NCBI GenBank assembly: GCA_041739995.1
Contig: JBGSMV010000016.1
Location: forward strand, 11,650-75,649
Direction: 5' to 3'
From: Bdellovibrionota bacterium
Lineage (GTDB): Bacteria > Bdellovibrionota_C > UBA2361 > JBGSMV01
DNA length: 64,000 nucleotides
The stretch's first letter is position 1, and every line of letters begins with the position of its first letter. Below, in pieces: positions 1 through 10,370 of this stretch. A program made the translations under genes and the position numbers. The notes below the pieces were generated by a model that saw nothing but the letters and a program-made list of their open reading frames with translations, was not told the DNA's origin and made no database searches.

Positions 1-596
1 TGTAAGGATGCAAGTTGGGCCCTCTCTCAAGGAGAAGCCCGATTGAGCATCCACGAAAAACGACTGACCAGAACCCCACGTGTCATCGGGTTGTTGCGTG
101 GAGCGGGGCTACTATTTGGATAGCCATTGGATAGCCGTGGCGGAGCGAATCACGGAGGACCCGGTGAACAATTACTAATAGATACAAGGCATTAGGCGTT
201 AGTCCGCAGAGGTTATGAAGAAAAGGCGTCGAAATGCCGACCCTTTTGGTTATGGGGTCTCTCCAAGACATAGCGCCATTTCGTACCCAGGAATCTGGGT
301 CGATTCAGCTTGTAGCGCTCGGGTTTTGTGCCGCGCTGGTGGTGCTACTGGCAATTCCTCTGATTGAGGCGCTTGTTCCAGAAACCGCCACGAATGAAAC
401 TGCGGTGAGCTCTGAGGTAGCTTCTTAGGCAGGAGCTTAAAAAATTCTAGCGAACTTACGCGCTAGTTTTTTGCGACTCACGGGGCAAATTTGACTTCAT
501 TATCGTCTCCTTAAGCTATCGCACGAGCAAACTCCATATAAGACTTTTTCTTCCTCTCTTTGCGAGAGCTCCTCTCTTACAGTAGCTTCTGTCTCC

Positions 597-2909
597 ATGG
601 GAACGGAAGAAAAGGGAATCATTGACGCATCACTGCAACGCGAATCAAAAGATCGCTACCTGACCTATGCGCTGAGTGTAGTTACTGGACGTGCACTTCC
701 CGATGTACGCGACGGATTAAAGCCAGTTCAACGCCGAATTCTCTTTTCGATGTACAAAGATCTCAGACTTCTCCCTCAGGGAACACACCGAAAGTCTGCT
801 GCTATAGTGGGTAAGGTGTTGGCCAGCTACCACCCACATGGCGACGTGGCTTGCTACGAATCTATGGTCCGCATGGCGCAAGATTTTTCTCTGCGCTACC
901 CGCTTGTGGATGGGCAGGGAAACTTCGGCTCACTCGATGGCGATAGCGCCGCGGCCTACCGATATACGGAGGCACGTTTGCGCCATCTCGCCGTTGAGGT
1001 GATTGGGGAAATTGACGAAGAAACGGTCGAGTACCGAGATAATTTTGACTCGACCGAGCGTGAGCCCATAGTTTTCCCGAGTCGAGTGCCTAACCTGCTG
1101 ATTAATGGCGCGAGTGGAATCGCGGTCGGCATGGCGACCAGCATTCCTCCGCATAACCTACGCGATACCGTAAAAGCCTTGCTCGAATTGCTCGATGACC
1201 CAGAGACCAGCAACGCCAAACTTGCGGGAACGATAAAGGGCCCCGACTTTCCAACTGGCTGTTTAATTCTCAACTCACGCAAAGAGATAGCAGACATTTA
1301 CAAAACTGGCCGTGGCTCCATCCGCATGCGCGGAGAATGGACTGAAGAAGAGACGGCCAGAGGCAAGAAGTACATCGTGGTCACCTCTATTCCCTATGCA
1401 GTCAATAAGTCTCAGCTTGTAGAGAAAATCGCCGAATTGATTGTCGAAAGAAAGGTTCCTCAGTTAGTTGATGTGCGAGACGAATCAACTGCTGAGGTGC
1501 GAGTGGTGCTCGAGTTATCTCCCGGCGCCGATCCGCAGGTGGCGATGGCTTACGTCTTTAAACACACCAATCTTGAGAGCAACTTCGCGGTAAACCTTAC
1601 CGCGCTGGTGCCGTCCGGTGGACGTTCGCCCAGACCTGAACTGCTCTCACTTCGAGACTGTTTGCAGCACTTCTTGAATTTTCGTGAGGAAGTAGTTCAG
1701 CTCAAACTCGAATTCGAAAAGCGCAAACTGCTTGAGCGCCTACATATTCTAGAAGGGCTCATTGCCATTTACGATAGGCTCGACGAGGCGCTGAAAATTG
1801 TTCGAAAGAGCGATGGACGCGCGGACTCAGCCAGCAAGTTACAAGCAAGATTTAAGCTTTCTGAGCTTCAGTCCTTCGCCGTGGTAGACATGCGCATCTA
1901 CCAGCTCTCAAGAACCAACATTGATGAGATAGAAGCTGAGTACAAAGAGAAATCATCGCGTGTGATGGAAATAGAGATTGTTCTAAAAAGTAAAGCCAAG
2001 ATTCGAGCGATAGTGAGAGGAGATCTCGAATCCCTCGCCGAGACCTTTGGCGATAAACGACTTTCTAAATTCGCGACTGAATCCGCAGAAATCGAGTTCA
2101 ATGCCGAAGACTATGTGGTTCATGAAGATGTCTTCGCTATCGTGACTGCCGACGGGTGGATCAAGCGAATTCGTCAGAACAATGAACTAGAGGCCACTAG
2201 AATCAGAGAGGGCGACTCCATTTTACGTGCGCATCCACTTTCAACGCATGACTCCGTCGTATTTTTTACCACTCGTGGCAACGTCTACTCATTGAAGGTG
2301 AGTGACTTTCCGTCGTCTTCTGGTTACGGCGATCCGGTGCAGAAGATTCTCAAATTCAAAGATGGTGAGCGCATTGTTGAGAGTTTTGGAGTCCTGCAAG
2401 GGCAAGATCCCGCAAAGCTCGCCGAATCGCGTCGTGCCGTTAAGGATGGTGATCATGTTCTGCTCATCAGTGCTACGGGGGTGGGCTTTATCCATAAGCT
2501 TGAAGGCCTTGAGCAGATTAAGCGCAGTGGGAAGCGCGCGATTAAGCTCAGAGACAAGGATGAGCTGAGCGTGGTGAGCGTGTGTATTCCTGGCACTGAC
2601 GCAGAAGTATCCTTATTCTCACTCAAGGGCTGCGGTTTGCGTGTGCGCCTAAAAGAGATTCCTGTTCGGGATAGCGCAGCCGTAGGGGTTGCCCTGCTCA
2701 GCGTACGTGATGCCGATAAATGCATCGGAGCAATCTGTCACAAGGGTTCTGTGAAGATTCAATTGGTGCTGGCAAATAAAAAGACCAAGGATATCGCTTC
2801 GTCAGAGATAGTTGCGGGACGTCGGTCGCTCAAAGGAAACAAGGTGGGTGTTCGTGATGATGTGTTGCGTGTCGAGCCCTTTGTTTCGGCCGAAGCAAAG
2901 AAGAAATAG
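597..2909 (+). CDS. parC: Type IIA topoisomerase subunit A, probably topoisomerase IV ParC
   Basis: [16 protein letters not shown], HPHGDxACYE and AAYRYTE (catalytic Tyr) motifs. 770 aa with a short C-terminal domain and no recognisable GyrA-box (QxRGGKG). Confidence 0.8.
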   Translation: MGTEEKGIIDASLQRESKDRYLTYALSVVTGRALPDVRDGLKPVQRRILFSMYKDLRLLPQGTHRKSAAIVGKVLASYHPHGDVACYESMVRMAQDFSLRYPLVDGQGNFGSLDGDSAAAYRYTEARLRHLAVEVIGEIDEETVEYRDNFDSTEREPIVFPSRVPNLLINGASGIAVGMATSIPPHNLRDTVKALLELLDDPETSNAKLAGTIKGPDFPTGCLILNSRKEIADIYKTGRGSIRMRGEWTEEETARGKKYIVVTSIPYAVNKSQLVEKIAELIVERKVPQLVDVRDESTAEVRVVLELSPGADPQVAMAYVFKHTNLESNFAVNLTALVPSGGRSPRPELLSLRDCLQHFLNFREEVVQLKLEFEKRKLLERLHILEGLIAIYDRLDEALKIVRKSDGRADSASKLQARFKLSELQSFAVVDMRIYQLSRTNIDEIEAEYKEKSSRVMEIEIVLKSKAKIRAIVRGDLESLAETFGDKRLSKFATESAEIEFNAEDYVVHEDVFAIVTADGWIKRIRQNNELEATRIREGDSILRAHPLSTHDSVVFFTTRGNVYSLKVSDFPSSSGYGDPVQKILKFKDGERIVESFGVLQGQDPAKLAESRRAVKDGDHVLLISATGVGFIHKLEGLEQIKRSGKRAIKLRDKDELSVVSVCIPGTDAEVSLFSLKGCGLRVRLKEIPVRDSAAVGVALLSVRDADKCIGAICHKGSVKIQLVLANKKTKDIASSEIVAGRRSLKGNKVGVRDDVLRVEPFVSAEAKKK

Positions 2910-2942
2910 ACGATAATTCACTAAATCTTAAGTGCAGATCTT

Positions 2943-4871
2943 ATGGCAAAGAAAGACTACCGCGCAGAAGACATTGAGGTGCTCGAAGGGCTCGAGCCCG
3001 TTCGAAGACGGCCGGGCATGTATATCGGGGGGACGGAAGGACCCCAAGGACTGCACCACCTTGTTAAGGAAATTCTCGATAACTCTATCGACGAGGCCAT
3101 GAACGGATTCGCGACAGAAGTGCGACTTACTTTACATACTGGGGACGAAACGGTCAGCGTCGAGGATGATGGGCGCGGTATACCGGTCGATTTGCATCCG
3201 AAGTTCAAAAAGTCCGCACTTGAGATCGTCTTCACGACTCTGCATGCGGGAGGAAAATTCTCCGATACTAACTACCAATCGGCTGGTGGGCTACATGGGG
3301 TGGGCGCCTCAGTAGTTAACGCCTTATCTGAACAGCTTGATGTGGTGGTTCAGCGCGATGGGTACGAGTGGTCACAGAGCTTCTCGAGAGGCAAGCCTTT
3401 AGCCAAGCTGTCGCGCGGCGCAAAGACCAAAGAGCATGGAACCAAAGTCACCTTTCGTGCTGACCCAGATATTTTTCGATCTACAACTTTCCTGAGGGAG
3501 CGCCTTGAAGGAATGGCGCAAGAGAAGGCCTTTCTCAATCGCGGTCTGGCGGTGGTGTTCGTAGACGAAGCTCAGAAAACTGAGAAGCTATTCAAGTATG
3601 AAGACGGGCTCAAAGCCTATCTTGCCCACCTTGTTGAAAAGCAGAAGGTAGAAATCCTTGGAAATGAAGTGTTTGCGCTCGAGCGCTCGGATGGCATTAA
3701 GATCGACGTTTCTTTCTGCTGGACTGAGTCGACTTCGGAGAAGGTCGTTTCGTATGTGAACGGAATACCAACGGCCGAGGGCGGTAGCCACGAAGAAGGC
3801 TTTCGAAGCGGCCTTGTAAAGGCAGTCAGAAATTACCTGTCAGTTCACGATCTCTTGCCGCGTGGCGTGAAGTTGTCAGGAGAAGATATTCGCGAAGGCC
3901 TGCTTGCCGTGTTGTCGGTGAATGTTCCCGGAGCGGTGAGTCAGTTGCAGTTTCAAGGGCAGACCAAGGACAAGCTCAATAATCCGGAGATTGAAGCGCC
4001 TGTTGAGGCACTGCTTCGTACTTTCGAAAATACGCTTAATTCGAAGCCGCAGTTAGCGGGACAAATAGTAGAGCGCGTATTGTGCGCGGCAAAGGCGCGC
4101 GCGGCAGCCAGAATGGCGGCTGAGAATGTCTCGCGAAAAATCGGAGTGAGTCATCGTCTTAACTTGCCCGGCAAGCTCGCGGATTGTTCATCCAGCAAAC
4201 CGGGGGACTCTGAGCTATTCATCGTGGAAGGTGATTCAGCGGGTGGTAGCGCCAAGCAGGGGCGTAGTCGCGAAACCCAGGCAATCTTGCCGTTGCGGGG
4301 CAAAGTACTGAACACCATTGCAGCAACTGAGGCGAAACTTAAGGAGAACAGGGAGCTTTTAGATCTTGTTTCGGTAATCGGGTGTGGTCTTGGGGACAAG
4401 ATAAATATCGAGCGCATCCGCTACGGCAAAATCGTAATTCTCACCGATGCAGACGCAGACGGAATGCACATTGCGTCACTACTCATGGCTTTTTTCTTCC
4501 GCTTTATGCGTCCACTAATTGACGGGGGACATTTGTATCTCGCTCAGCCCCCTCTGTATCGCCTGAGATTTGGATCAGGAAAGAAGGAAGAGGAACATTG
4601 GGTATATTCTGACCAGGAAAAGGATGCGCTTCTAAAGAAGAAAGGCAAAGTTGCAGGGCTTCAAATCACGCGCTTTAAAGGTCTTGGAGAAATGAATCCC
4701 AGCACTCTATGGGAAACCACGCTTAACCCGAAGACTCGCAGTTTGTTGCGAATACGAACTGAAAACGAAGATCAGGTAAAAGAGATGCTTGAAAGTCTGT
4801 TCGGGAAGGAGACCGGCGAGCGTTATCGAATGATTCAAGAGAACGCGCACCGCATTGAGGCAGATATCTAA
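2943..4871 (+). CDS. parE: Type IIA topoisomerase subunit B, probably topoisomerase IV ParE
   Basis: LEGLEPVRRRPGMYIG, EILDNSIDE, GLHGVGASVVNALS, EGDSAGG, PLRGK, TDADADG and RFKGLGEM motifs. 642 aa, adjacent to the ParC-like gene. Confidence 0.8.
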   Translation: MAKKDYRAEDIEVLEGLEPVRRRPGMYIGGTEGPQGLHHLVKEILDNSIDEAMNGFATEVRLTLHTGDETVSVEDDGRGIPVDLHPKFKKSALEIVFTTLHAGGKFSDTNYQSAGGLHGVGASVVNALSEQLDVVVQRDGYEWSQSFSRGKPLAKLSRGAKTKEHGTKVTFRADPDIFRSTTFLRERLEGMAQEKAFLNRGLAVVFVDEAQKTEKLFKYEDGLKAYLAHLVEKQKVEILGNEVFALERSDGIKIDVSFCWTESTSEKVVSYVNGIPTAEGGSHEEGFRSGLVKAVRNYLSVHDLLPRGVKLSGEDIREGLLAVLSVNVPGAVSQLQFQGQTKDKLNNPEIEAPVEALLRTFENTLNSKPQLAGQIVERVLCAAKARAAARMAAENVSRKIGVSHRLNLPGKLADCSSSKPGDSELFIVEGDSAGGSAKQGRSRETQAILPLRGKVLNTIAATEAKLKENRELLDLVSVIGCGLGDKINIERIRYGKIVILTDADADGMHIASLLMAFFFRFMRPLIDGGHLYLAQPPLYRLRFGSGKKEEEHWVYSDQEKDALLKKKGKVAGLQITRFKGLGEMNPSTLWETTLNPKTRSLLRIRTENEDQVKEMLESLFGKETGERYRMIQENAHRIEADI

Positions 4872-5373
4872 GCCCCTCGTCTGATTTTCTACATTTCGCG
4901 CATTTTCGGGCAAATTTTAGCTTTGTTAGAGTTGTGTAAGGACTGGATTCCTAGTACCTTCCCACTTCCGTTGAAGGTTCAAAGTCTCTGGATTGACGGC
5001 GCGCAGCTTTGCCACACGATTGATGAGGGCAAAATTGAGCGCTTTGACTCGAGAGAACAAACCTTCGATGGTTGACCTTAAGTGGTTAAAATTGAAGCGG
5101 TTGTTTTTAGGTGTATCGTGAATCGATAGGCCACTGGCGAGGGTTTTTGATCCTCGCAGTTGTTGTCCAAAAAACTTCCAGATGCTCATAAGAGCGTCTC
5201 CTCTTCTTACTTCAAAGAAGAAACCGCCGAATAGAAAAACTTTCTTTGCAAGGCTTGCACCTTGTGGAGTCGTTGTCTTTTCGGTGGTTTCTTCTCGTGA
5301 GGCGGTGTAGCCGAAAGAGGGGGTCCTAAAGAGTCCCATCGCATGATGCGGTGGTCTGGAAGGAGTACTAAGG

Positions 5374-5817
5374 ATGACGAAGTTGCTTGTAAACGAGTTC
5401 GATCGGGCGTTGTTGAGGCGAGCAGGCGTTCGAACGGGTAGAGCACGAAAGCTCTCCCCTGTCGCAGCGCAAGCCGTGCTCTGCGCGGCCGCCGTCGAGG
5501 AGATCCCGCTTTTTCGAACTGGTTTTCCGGTCGAGGCGACCTTGGCCAGAATTGCTGGCAATCTCGGACTGCAGGTGCTGTGTCGAGACGGGGTCGCTCT
5601 TGTGCGGCACGTGAAGATCCGAGGAAAGCGTGACGTGCGGTTCAAACTGCTCGTGCACAACGTGCAGCGAGTCGTGTTCTTTGGGCCGAAAGGGTTCGAA
5701 GAAGCAGAGATTCATCCTCGCGTTCGAGTTGGTGGCCCAGTAGGCCATCATCGAGAGATGGCTTTGTCTAAGCCCAGACGGCAGATCCACCGCGCATTTT
5801 CGAGTGCTGCGGTGTGA
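5374..5817 (+). CDS. Hypothetical protein (147 aa, basic)
   Basis: Strong SD (AAGGAG) about 8 nt before the ATG and a terminator downstream. No recognisable family; overlapping minus-strand ORFs are alternatives. Confidence 0.5.
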   Translation: MTKLLVNEFDRALLRRAGVRTGRARKLSPVAAQAVLCAAAVEEIPLFRTGFPVEATLARIAGNLGLQVLCRDGVALVRHVKIRGKRDVRFKLLVHNVQRVVFFGPKGFEEAEIHPRVRVGGPVGHHREMALSKPRRQIHRAFSSAAV

Positions 5818-5898
5818 TGGTCATTGATGCGGGTGCTCCCATAGTGCCCCCTTACCAAGGAGGAGAGGGTGAGGGGTCGTGAAGGGAGTGGAGAGAGG

Positions 5899-5949
5899 CT
5901 CACGGGGCGGGGTTTGCAATGGTGCTTACCCCGCCTCGTTGAGTTTTTT
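5899..5949 (+). terminator. Intrinsic terminator
   Basis: CTCACGGGGCGGGGT...ACCCCGCCTCGTTGAG stem followed by T6. Confidence 0.65.
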
Positions 5950-6489
5950 CTCGATGACACGATATACACTTAGGTGGTTCGAACTTCGGTTTCGCTTAAC
6001 GCGTGATTCAAAGTTCTGGATGGTTATCTAGGTTTGTTTCTCTCGACCAATTTTCTCCCTTTCTTGCGTATCGCAATCCTGGCTTCTGCGTTGCCGCGCG
6101 GCACGCTTCTACTGATGTAAGCGGCCCTCGTGGTACATTCGCCAGATAAGTATGGAGCCGAATGAAGGCCGATTCCTTCGCAGATTCGACAAAGTGGGTG
6201 GATGTTTGGAACCGAACTCTCGGCCCAGTGCCGGAGCCTTAGAGTGTGGTTCGAGGCGCTGCATAAGCGCGGAGCCAATTTCTCTGCACGGAGCGCAACC
6301 TTATAATTTCCAGTTTGGAGCCGGCAATTTGCGCTCAAACGAGCCTCAAAGCTGAAACCCCTTGTTTTTCCTCAATAAGATTGAGAGTTTCTCAAGAGGT
6401 CCCCCTTGCGAGGGGCGAGGCGACAGCGTTAAGTTAGGTCGATTTTAAACAAATAGCGCTGATTTAGACCCCGCGCATAGAACATATCC

Positions 6490-7422
6490 ATGGCTAGCAA
6501 CGACCCAGCCGCACCTAATCAAGCGGCTCAAGAACAGGCAATACTAGCCGAAGTAGGGCGAACCGCGTTGCGACTTGGCTCCTGTGACCCAGTCTGGCTT
6601 AAAGATGGAGTCGCGCCGACTTTTAGCCTCACAGAGAATCCTAAAGCTGAGAGCCAGACTCCTGGTAGTCCAGGGGTAACTGGTATCGAAGCTAAGAAGC
6701 CAGAAATGATTTTGCTACACGGGCTCTTCGGCGCCTTATCGAACTGGGATTCCACCTTCCCGCTCTTTAGCGCCTTCAGTGAACCCATCGCGCTGCAGTT
6801 CCCGATTCTTACTGGCCACCGTTCGGAAGTTAAGGTGAAAGCACTTGCTGCCTATACCGAATATCTTGTGCGCTTAAGAAAGCTGGGGCCAGTAGCACTT
6901 TGTGGTAACTCGCTGGGCGGTCACGTGGCCATGCGTCTTTGTTTGGCATCGCCCGAACTGGTCGACTGTTTAATCTTGTCAGGAACCTCAGGCCTGTATG
7001 AGCACACCGTTGACGCACTCCCCGTTCGTCCGGATGAACGCTTTGTACGTGAGCATATGGCGCGAGTGTTCTTCGGCAAGCAGTTTGTGACCGAGGATGC
7101 CATCAAGGAGGTTCATCAGATTCTTAAGAGTCGCGTAAATGTCCTGAACATTATTCATGCAGCGCGCAGTGCCAAGAAAGATAATCTGCAGAAGCTTCTT
7201 CCTCAGATTAAAGTACCTACGCTGCTGCTGTGGGGAGAGGATGATAAGGTTACCACCATGGACGTGGCGCGACAGTTCAAAGCGCTTCTTCCAAACTCAG
7301 AGCTCCACTCAATTAAGAACTGTGGACATGCGCCAATGATTGAGCACCCAGAATGGTTCTCAGGGCACGTTGAGAGGTTTCTCAAGAAGAACTCGCGATA
7401 TTATAAAGTTGCTGGTACATAA
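6490..7422 (+). CDS. Alpha/beta fold hydrolase
   Basis: LLHGLFG oxyanion motif, GNSLGG nucleophile elbow, PTLLLWGEDD, and CGHAP catalytic His. Confidence 0.9.
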   Translation: MASNDPAAPNQAAQEQAILAEVGRTALRLGSCDPVWLKDGVAPTFSLTENPKAESQTPGSPGVTGIEAKKPEMILLHGLFGALSNWDSTFPLFSAFSEPIALQFPILTGHRSEVKVKALAAYTEYLVRLRKLGPVALCGNSLGGHVAMRLCLASPELVDCLILSGTSGLYEHTVDALPVRPDERFVREHMARVFFGKQFVTEDAIKEVHQILKSRVNVLNIIHAARSAKKDNLQKLLPQIKVPTLLLWGEDDKVTTMDVARQFKALLPNSELHSIKNCGHAPMIEHPEWFSGHVERFLKKNSRYYKVAGT

Positions 7423-7510
7423 CGGCATGGTTTGGACGTGCAGTCTTTTAGGAATACAGCCTTTTAGTAGCGCCATTTTTTGTAGCGCAGTCAAAGCAAG
7501 GGGAGTCTAG

Positions 7511-8062
7511 ATGGAACGCACTTCCGGTAGCACGAAGTTCCCGCTCGGGTCCAAGCTTCCTTCGTTTGCATTGCCGAATACCGATGGTCGCGAGGTTGAT
7601 GACTCTTACCTTCGAGAAGGGAAGATGGCGCTGGTGGTATTCACCTGCAACCACTGTCCCTACGTCAAGGGCAGTGAAGCAAAGCTCATCGAGCTGGCAA
7701 AGCAGTACGAACCATCGGCTCTTCGAGTGGTTGCGATAAGTTCAAATGACGCGACCAAGTATCCAGAAGACTCTTTCGAGCTTATGAAGTCTAAAGCTGC
7801 TGAGCTCGCGATACCGTATCCATATCTCTATGACGAGTCACAGGACATAGCGCGTTTGTTCGACGCAGCGTGTACTCCAGAATGCTATCTCTTTGATGCC
7901 AGCGGTTCATTGGTTTTTCATGGCGCGATAAATGATAGTCCCAAGAGTGCCGCCGGTGTGAGCCGCGCCTACCTTGCAAAAGCTTTACAGCAACTTAGCG
8001 AGGGGCAGAAACCAGATCCCGCAGAAGCGCATCCGATTGGCTGTTCAATTAAGTGGAAATAG
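7511..8062 (+). CDS. Thioredoxin family (AhpC/TSA-like) protein
   Basis: FTCNHCPYV, ISSNDA, AACTPE and C-terminal PIGCSIKWK, all typical of this family. Confidence 0.9.
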   Translation: MERTSGSTKFPLGSKLPSFALPNTDGREVDDSYLREGKMALVVFTCNHCPYVKGSEAKLIELAKQYEPSALRVVAISSNDATKYPEDSFELMKSKAAELAIPYPYLYDESQDIARLFDAACTPECYLFDASGSLVFHGAINDSPKSAAGVSRAYLAKALQQLSEGQKPDPAEAHPIGCSIKWK

Positions 8063-8093
8063 AGGGCGTTTGATGAGGGACTCCCAAAAAGGG

Positions 8094-8127
8094 AAAAAAG
8101 TTAAGTGGGCGGGGGAGCCCACTTAAC
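8094..8127 (-). terminator. Intrinsic terminator
   Basis: Perfect 11-bp stem GTTAAGTGGGC/GCCCACTTAAC followed by T6 on the minus strand. Confidence 0.8.
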
Positions 8128-8191
8128 GAGGAGTCAGGCATTCATTTCCCGTGTCCCCAGTGTGGAATGACACGGATGAATGAAAGGGTAT
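8094..8191 (-). ncRNA. Candidate sigma54-dependent small RNA (~98 nt)
   Basis: Sigma54 -24/-12 promoter at the correct distance, a 5' hairpin, a single-stranded CCUGACUCCUC linker, and an 11-bp terminator stem followed by U6. No SD-led ORF. Confidence 0.6.
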
Positions 8192-8200
8192 AGGAGTCTA

Positions 8201-8217
8201 ATGCGATTCTTGTGCCA
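8201..8217 (-). promoter_or_regulatory. Sigma54 (RpoN) -24/-12 promoter
   Basis: Minus strand reads TGGCACAAGAATCGCAT, i.e. TGGCAC-N5-TcGCA with exact GG-N10-GC spacing. Confidence 0.7.
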
Positions 8218-8364
8218 GGGGTGAGGGGGCCGAATTGAGGGGTATGTCCCTATCAATCTAGTTCCCATGCTTGGGCGATTCTGCTTCAGAGATAGTACAT
8301 TTTGTTGGGTAATTTGGTGGCAAGCTTAGGTAAAGCCACCAGAAGAATATTGATGGGGGATACA

Positions 8365-10356
8365 ATGAAAAGTGATTCCAAGCTCTTAAGTGATTTAGCG
8401 CTAACCGTAAGGGTGTTGTCGGCTGAAGCGGTCGAAAAGGCTAATTCTGGGCACCCGGGGCTCCCGATGGGTGCCGCTGATTTCGCCTCCCTATTATGGG
8501 CGGATTTCCTTCGATTTAACCCCCAAGACCCGAAGTGGCCAAACCGTGACCGCTTCATCCTCTCGGCCGGGCATGGCTGCATGTTGCTCTACACCCTTAC
8601 TCACCTCTTTGGGTACGACTTGCCAATGAAGGAACTTCAGAGCTTCCGCCAGTGGGAGAGCAAAACACCGGGACATCCTGAGTTTGGGTTTACTCCGGGC
8701 GTAGAAGCAACTACTGGTCCGTTGGGGCAGGGCTTTTCGAACGGAGTTGGCGTCGCGCTTTCGGGCAAGATGCTTGCTGAGCAGTATTCACCTGAGATGT
8801 TCAATTATCGAGTCTTCGCCTTGGTAAGCGATGGCGATCTCATGGAAGGGATTACGTCCGAGGCTGCTTCGCTTGCAGGTCACCTTGGCCTCGACAACCT
8901 CATTTATCTATACGACGACAACAAGATTTCTCTTGCCGGGAAAACGGACGTGTCGTTTACCGAATCAGTTCCGAAGCGTTTCGAGTCGTACGGGTGGTCG
9001 GTGCAAAGCTGTGATGGCCATAATCCAGACGAGATCCGCGCATGCTTAGATCGTGCCGTTCAAGAGAAAGGAAAGCCAAAGATTATTTGCTGTCGAACCA
9101 CAATCGGCAAAGGTTCCCCGAACAAAGAAGGAGACTGCGAGGTGCATGGTGCCCCGCTAGGAAAAGACGAGCTTGCTGCAACCAAGAAGAATCTTGGCTG
9201 GACTAGCGAGGAGCCGTTCTTTGTGCCTCCTCAAGTACAGAGCTTCTGCGCTGCTGCTATTGAGCAAAAGAAGAAGGAGTACTCGGAATGGCAAGCGAGC
9301 TTCAAGAAATGGGGCGACGCGAACTCAAGTAAGGCAGCGCTTTGGAAGGCTCAGTCTGAGCGTGTAGTACCGTCGGGACTAAAAGGAGAGCTACTCAAGA
9401 GTCTCGGAGAGATTAAGAAGGATTCAACTCGCAATCTTTCAGGCAAGGCGATTCAAATTATTGCCAAGCACGTGCCTTACTTCGTGGGTGGATCGGCTGA
9501 CCTTGAGCCTTCGACTAAGACACTCATTAAGGACACGACTGAGATTCAAGCCGGCAAGTTTGCCGGGCGCAATATTCGGTTCGGTGTTCGTGAACATGCA
9601 ATGGGCGCTGCGGTGAATGGGCTTGCATACCAACAATGCTGGTTCCCGTTCGGTTCTACATTCTTGGTGTTTTCAGATTATATGCGCCCGACGATTCGGC
9701 TCGCGGCGCTCTCGCATCTGCAATCACTGTTTATTTTTACTCATGATTCATTTTGGGTAGGAGAAGATGGGCCTACTCATGAGCCGATTGAGCAGGTGCA
9801 AAGCCTGCGGCTTATTCCGCATGTAAACGTGTATAGACCGGCTGATGGTGTAGAGGTGGCGATGAGCTACATGTCCGCTTTGGAGAATAAGTCGACCCCA
9901 AGTGTGATGATATTTACTCGCCAAGACCTCCCCATAGTCGCTCGACCATCTTCGGCGACGCCTGAAGATGTGTTGAAGGGCGGTTATGTGGTGACTGAGG
10001 CTGCTTCTCCTGATGTGGTGTTAGTAGCCACCGGTTCTGAGGTTTGGGTAGCGCAAGAAGCGGCCACCAAGTTGGGCGCGAAGGGCGTGAAGGCCCGCGT
10101 TGTCTCGATGCCATGTGTGGAGCTTTTCTTGAAGCAACCAGCGCAGTATCGTGATTCAGTGCTCCCAAAAGGAGTTCGCCGCGTCTCGATAGAAGCGGGC
10201 ACCACGGTCGGTTGGGAAAGGATTGCGGGTAGCGACGGACTCCTGATCGGAATCGATCACTATGGTGCTTCTGCTCCTGGTGGATTATTGGCAGAGAAGT
10301 TTGGATTTACCCCAGACCAGGTCGTAGGGAAGATCTCTGGGTTTCTAGGCAAATAG
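8365..10356 (+). CDS. tkt: Transketolase
   Basis: SGHPGLPMGAA, NRDRFILSAGH, TPGHPE, GDLMEG, GVREHAM and GEDGPTH motifs. Start placed at the SD-preceded ATG 8365. Confidence 0.97.
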   Translation: MKSDSKLLSDLALTVRVLSAEAVEKANSGHPGLPMGAADFASLLWADFLRFNPQDPKWPNRDRFILSAGHGCMLLYTLTHLFGYDLPMKELQSFRQWESKTPGHPEFGFTPGVEATTGPLGQGFSNGVGVALSGKMLAEQYSPEMFNYRVFALVSDGDLMEGITSEAASLAGHLGLDNLIYLYDDNKISLAGKTDVSFTESVPKRFESYGWSVQSCDGHNPDEIRACLDRAVQEKGKPKIICCRTTIGKGSPNKEGDCEVHGAPLGKDELAATKKNLGWTSEEPFFVPPQVQSFCAAAIEQKKKEYSEWQASFKKWGDANSSKAALWKAQSERVVPSGLKGELLKSLGEIKKDSTRNLSGKAIQIIAKHVPYFVGGSADLEPSTKTLIKDTTEIQAGKFAGRNIRFGVREHAMGAAVNGLAYQQCWFPFGSTFLVFSDYMRPTIRLAALSHLQSLFIFTHDSFWVGEDGPTHEPIEQVQSLRLIPHVNVYRPADGVEVAMSYMSALENKSTPSVMIFTRQDLPIVARPSSATPEDVLKGGYVVTEAASPDVVLVATGSEVWVAQEAATKLGAKGVKARVVSMPCVELFLKQPAQYRDSVLPKGVRRVSIEAGTTVGWERIAGSDGLLIGIDHYGASAPGGLLAEKFGFTPDQVVGKISGFLGK

Positions 10357-10370
10357 TAGTTCTCATACGC

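Noticed and set aside
1..428. Short ORFs at the window start
   Set aside because: No recognisable motifs and the frames are interrupted by stops; cannot be supported.
597..4871. Calling the pair gyrA/gyrB
   Set aside because: No GyrA-box, a short C-terminal domain and a ParC-like ACYE motif favour topoisomerase IV, though gyrase is not fully excluded.
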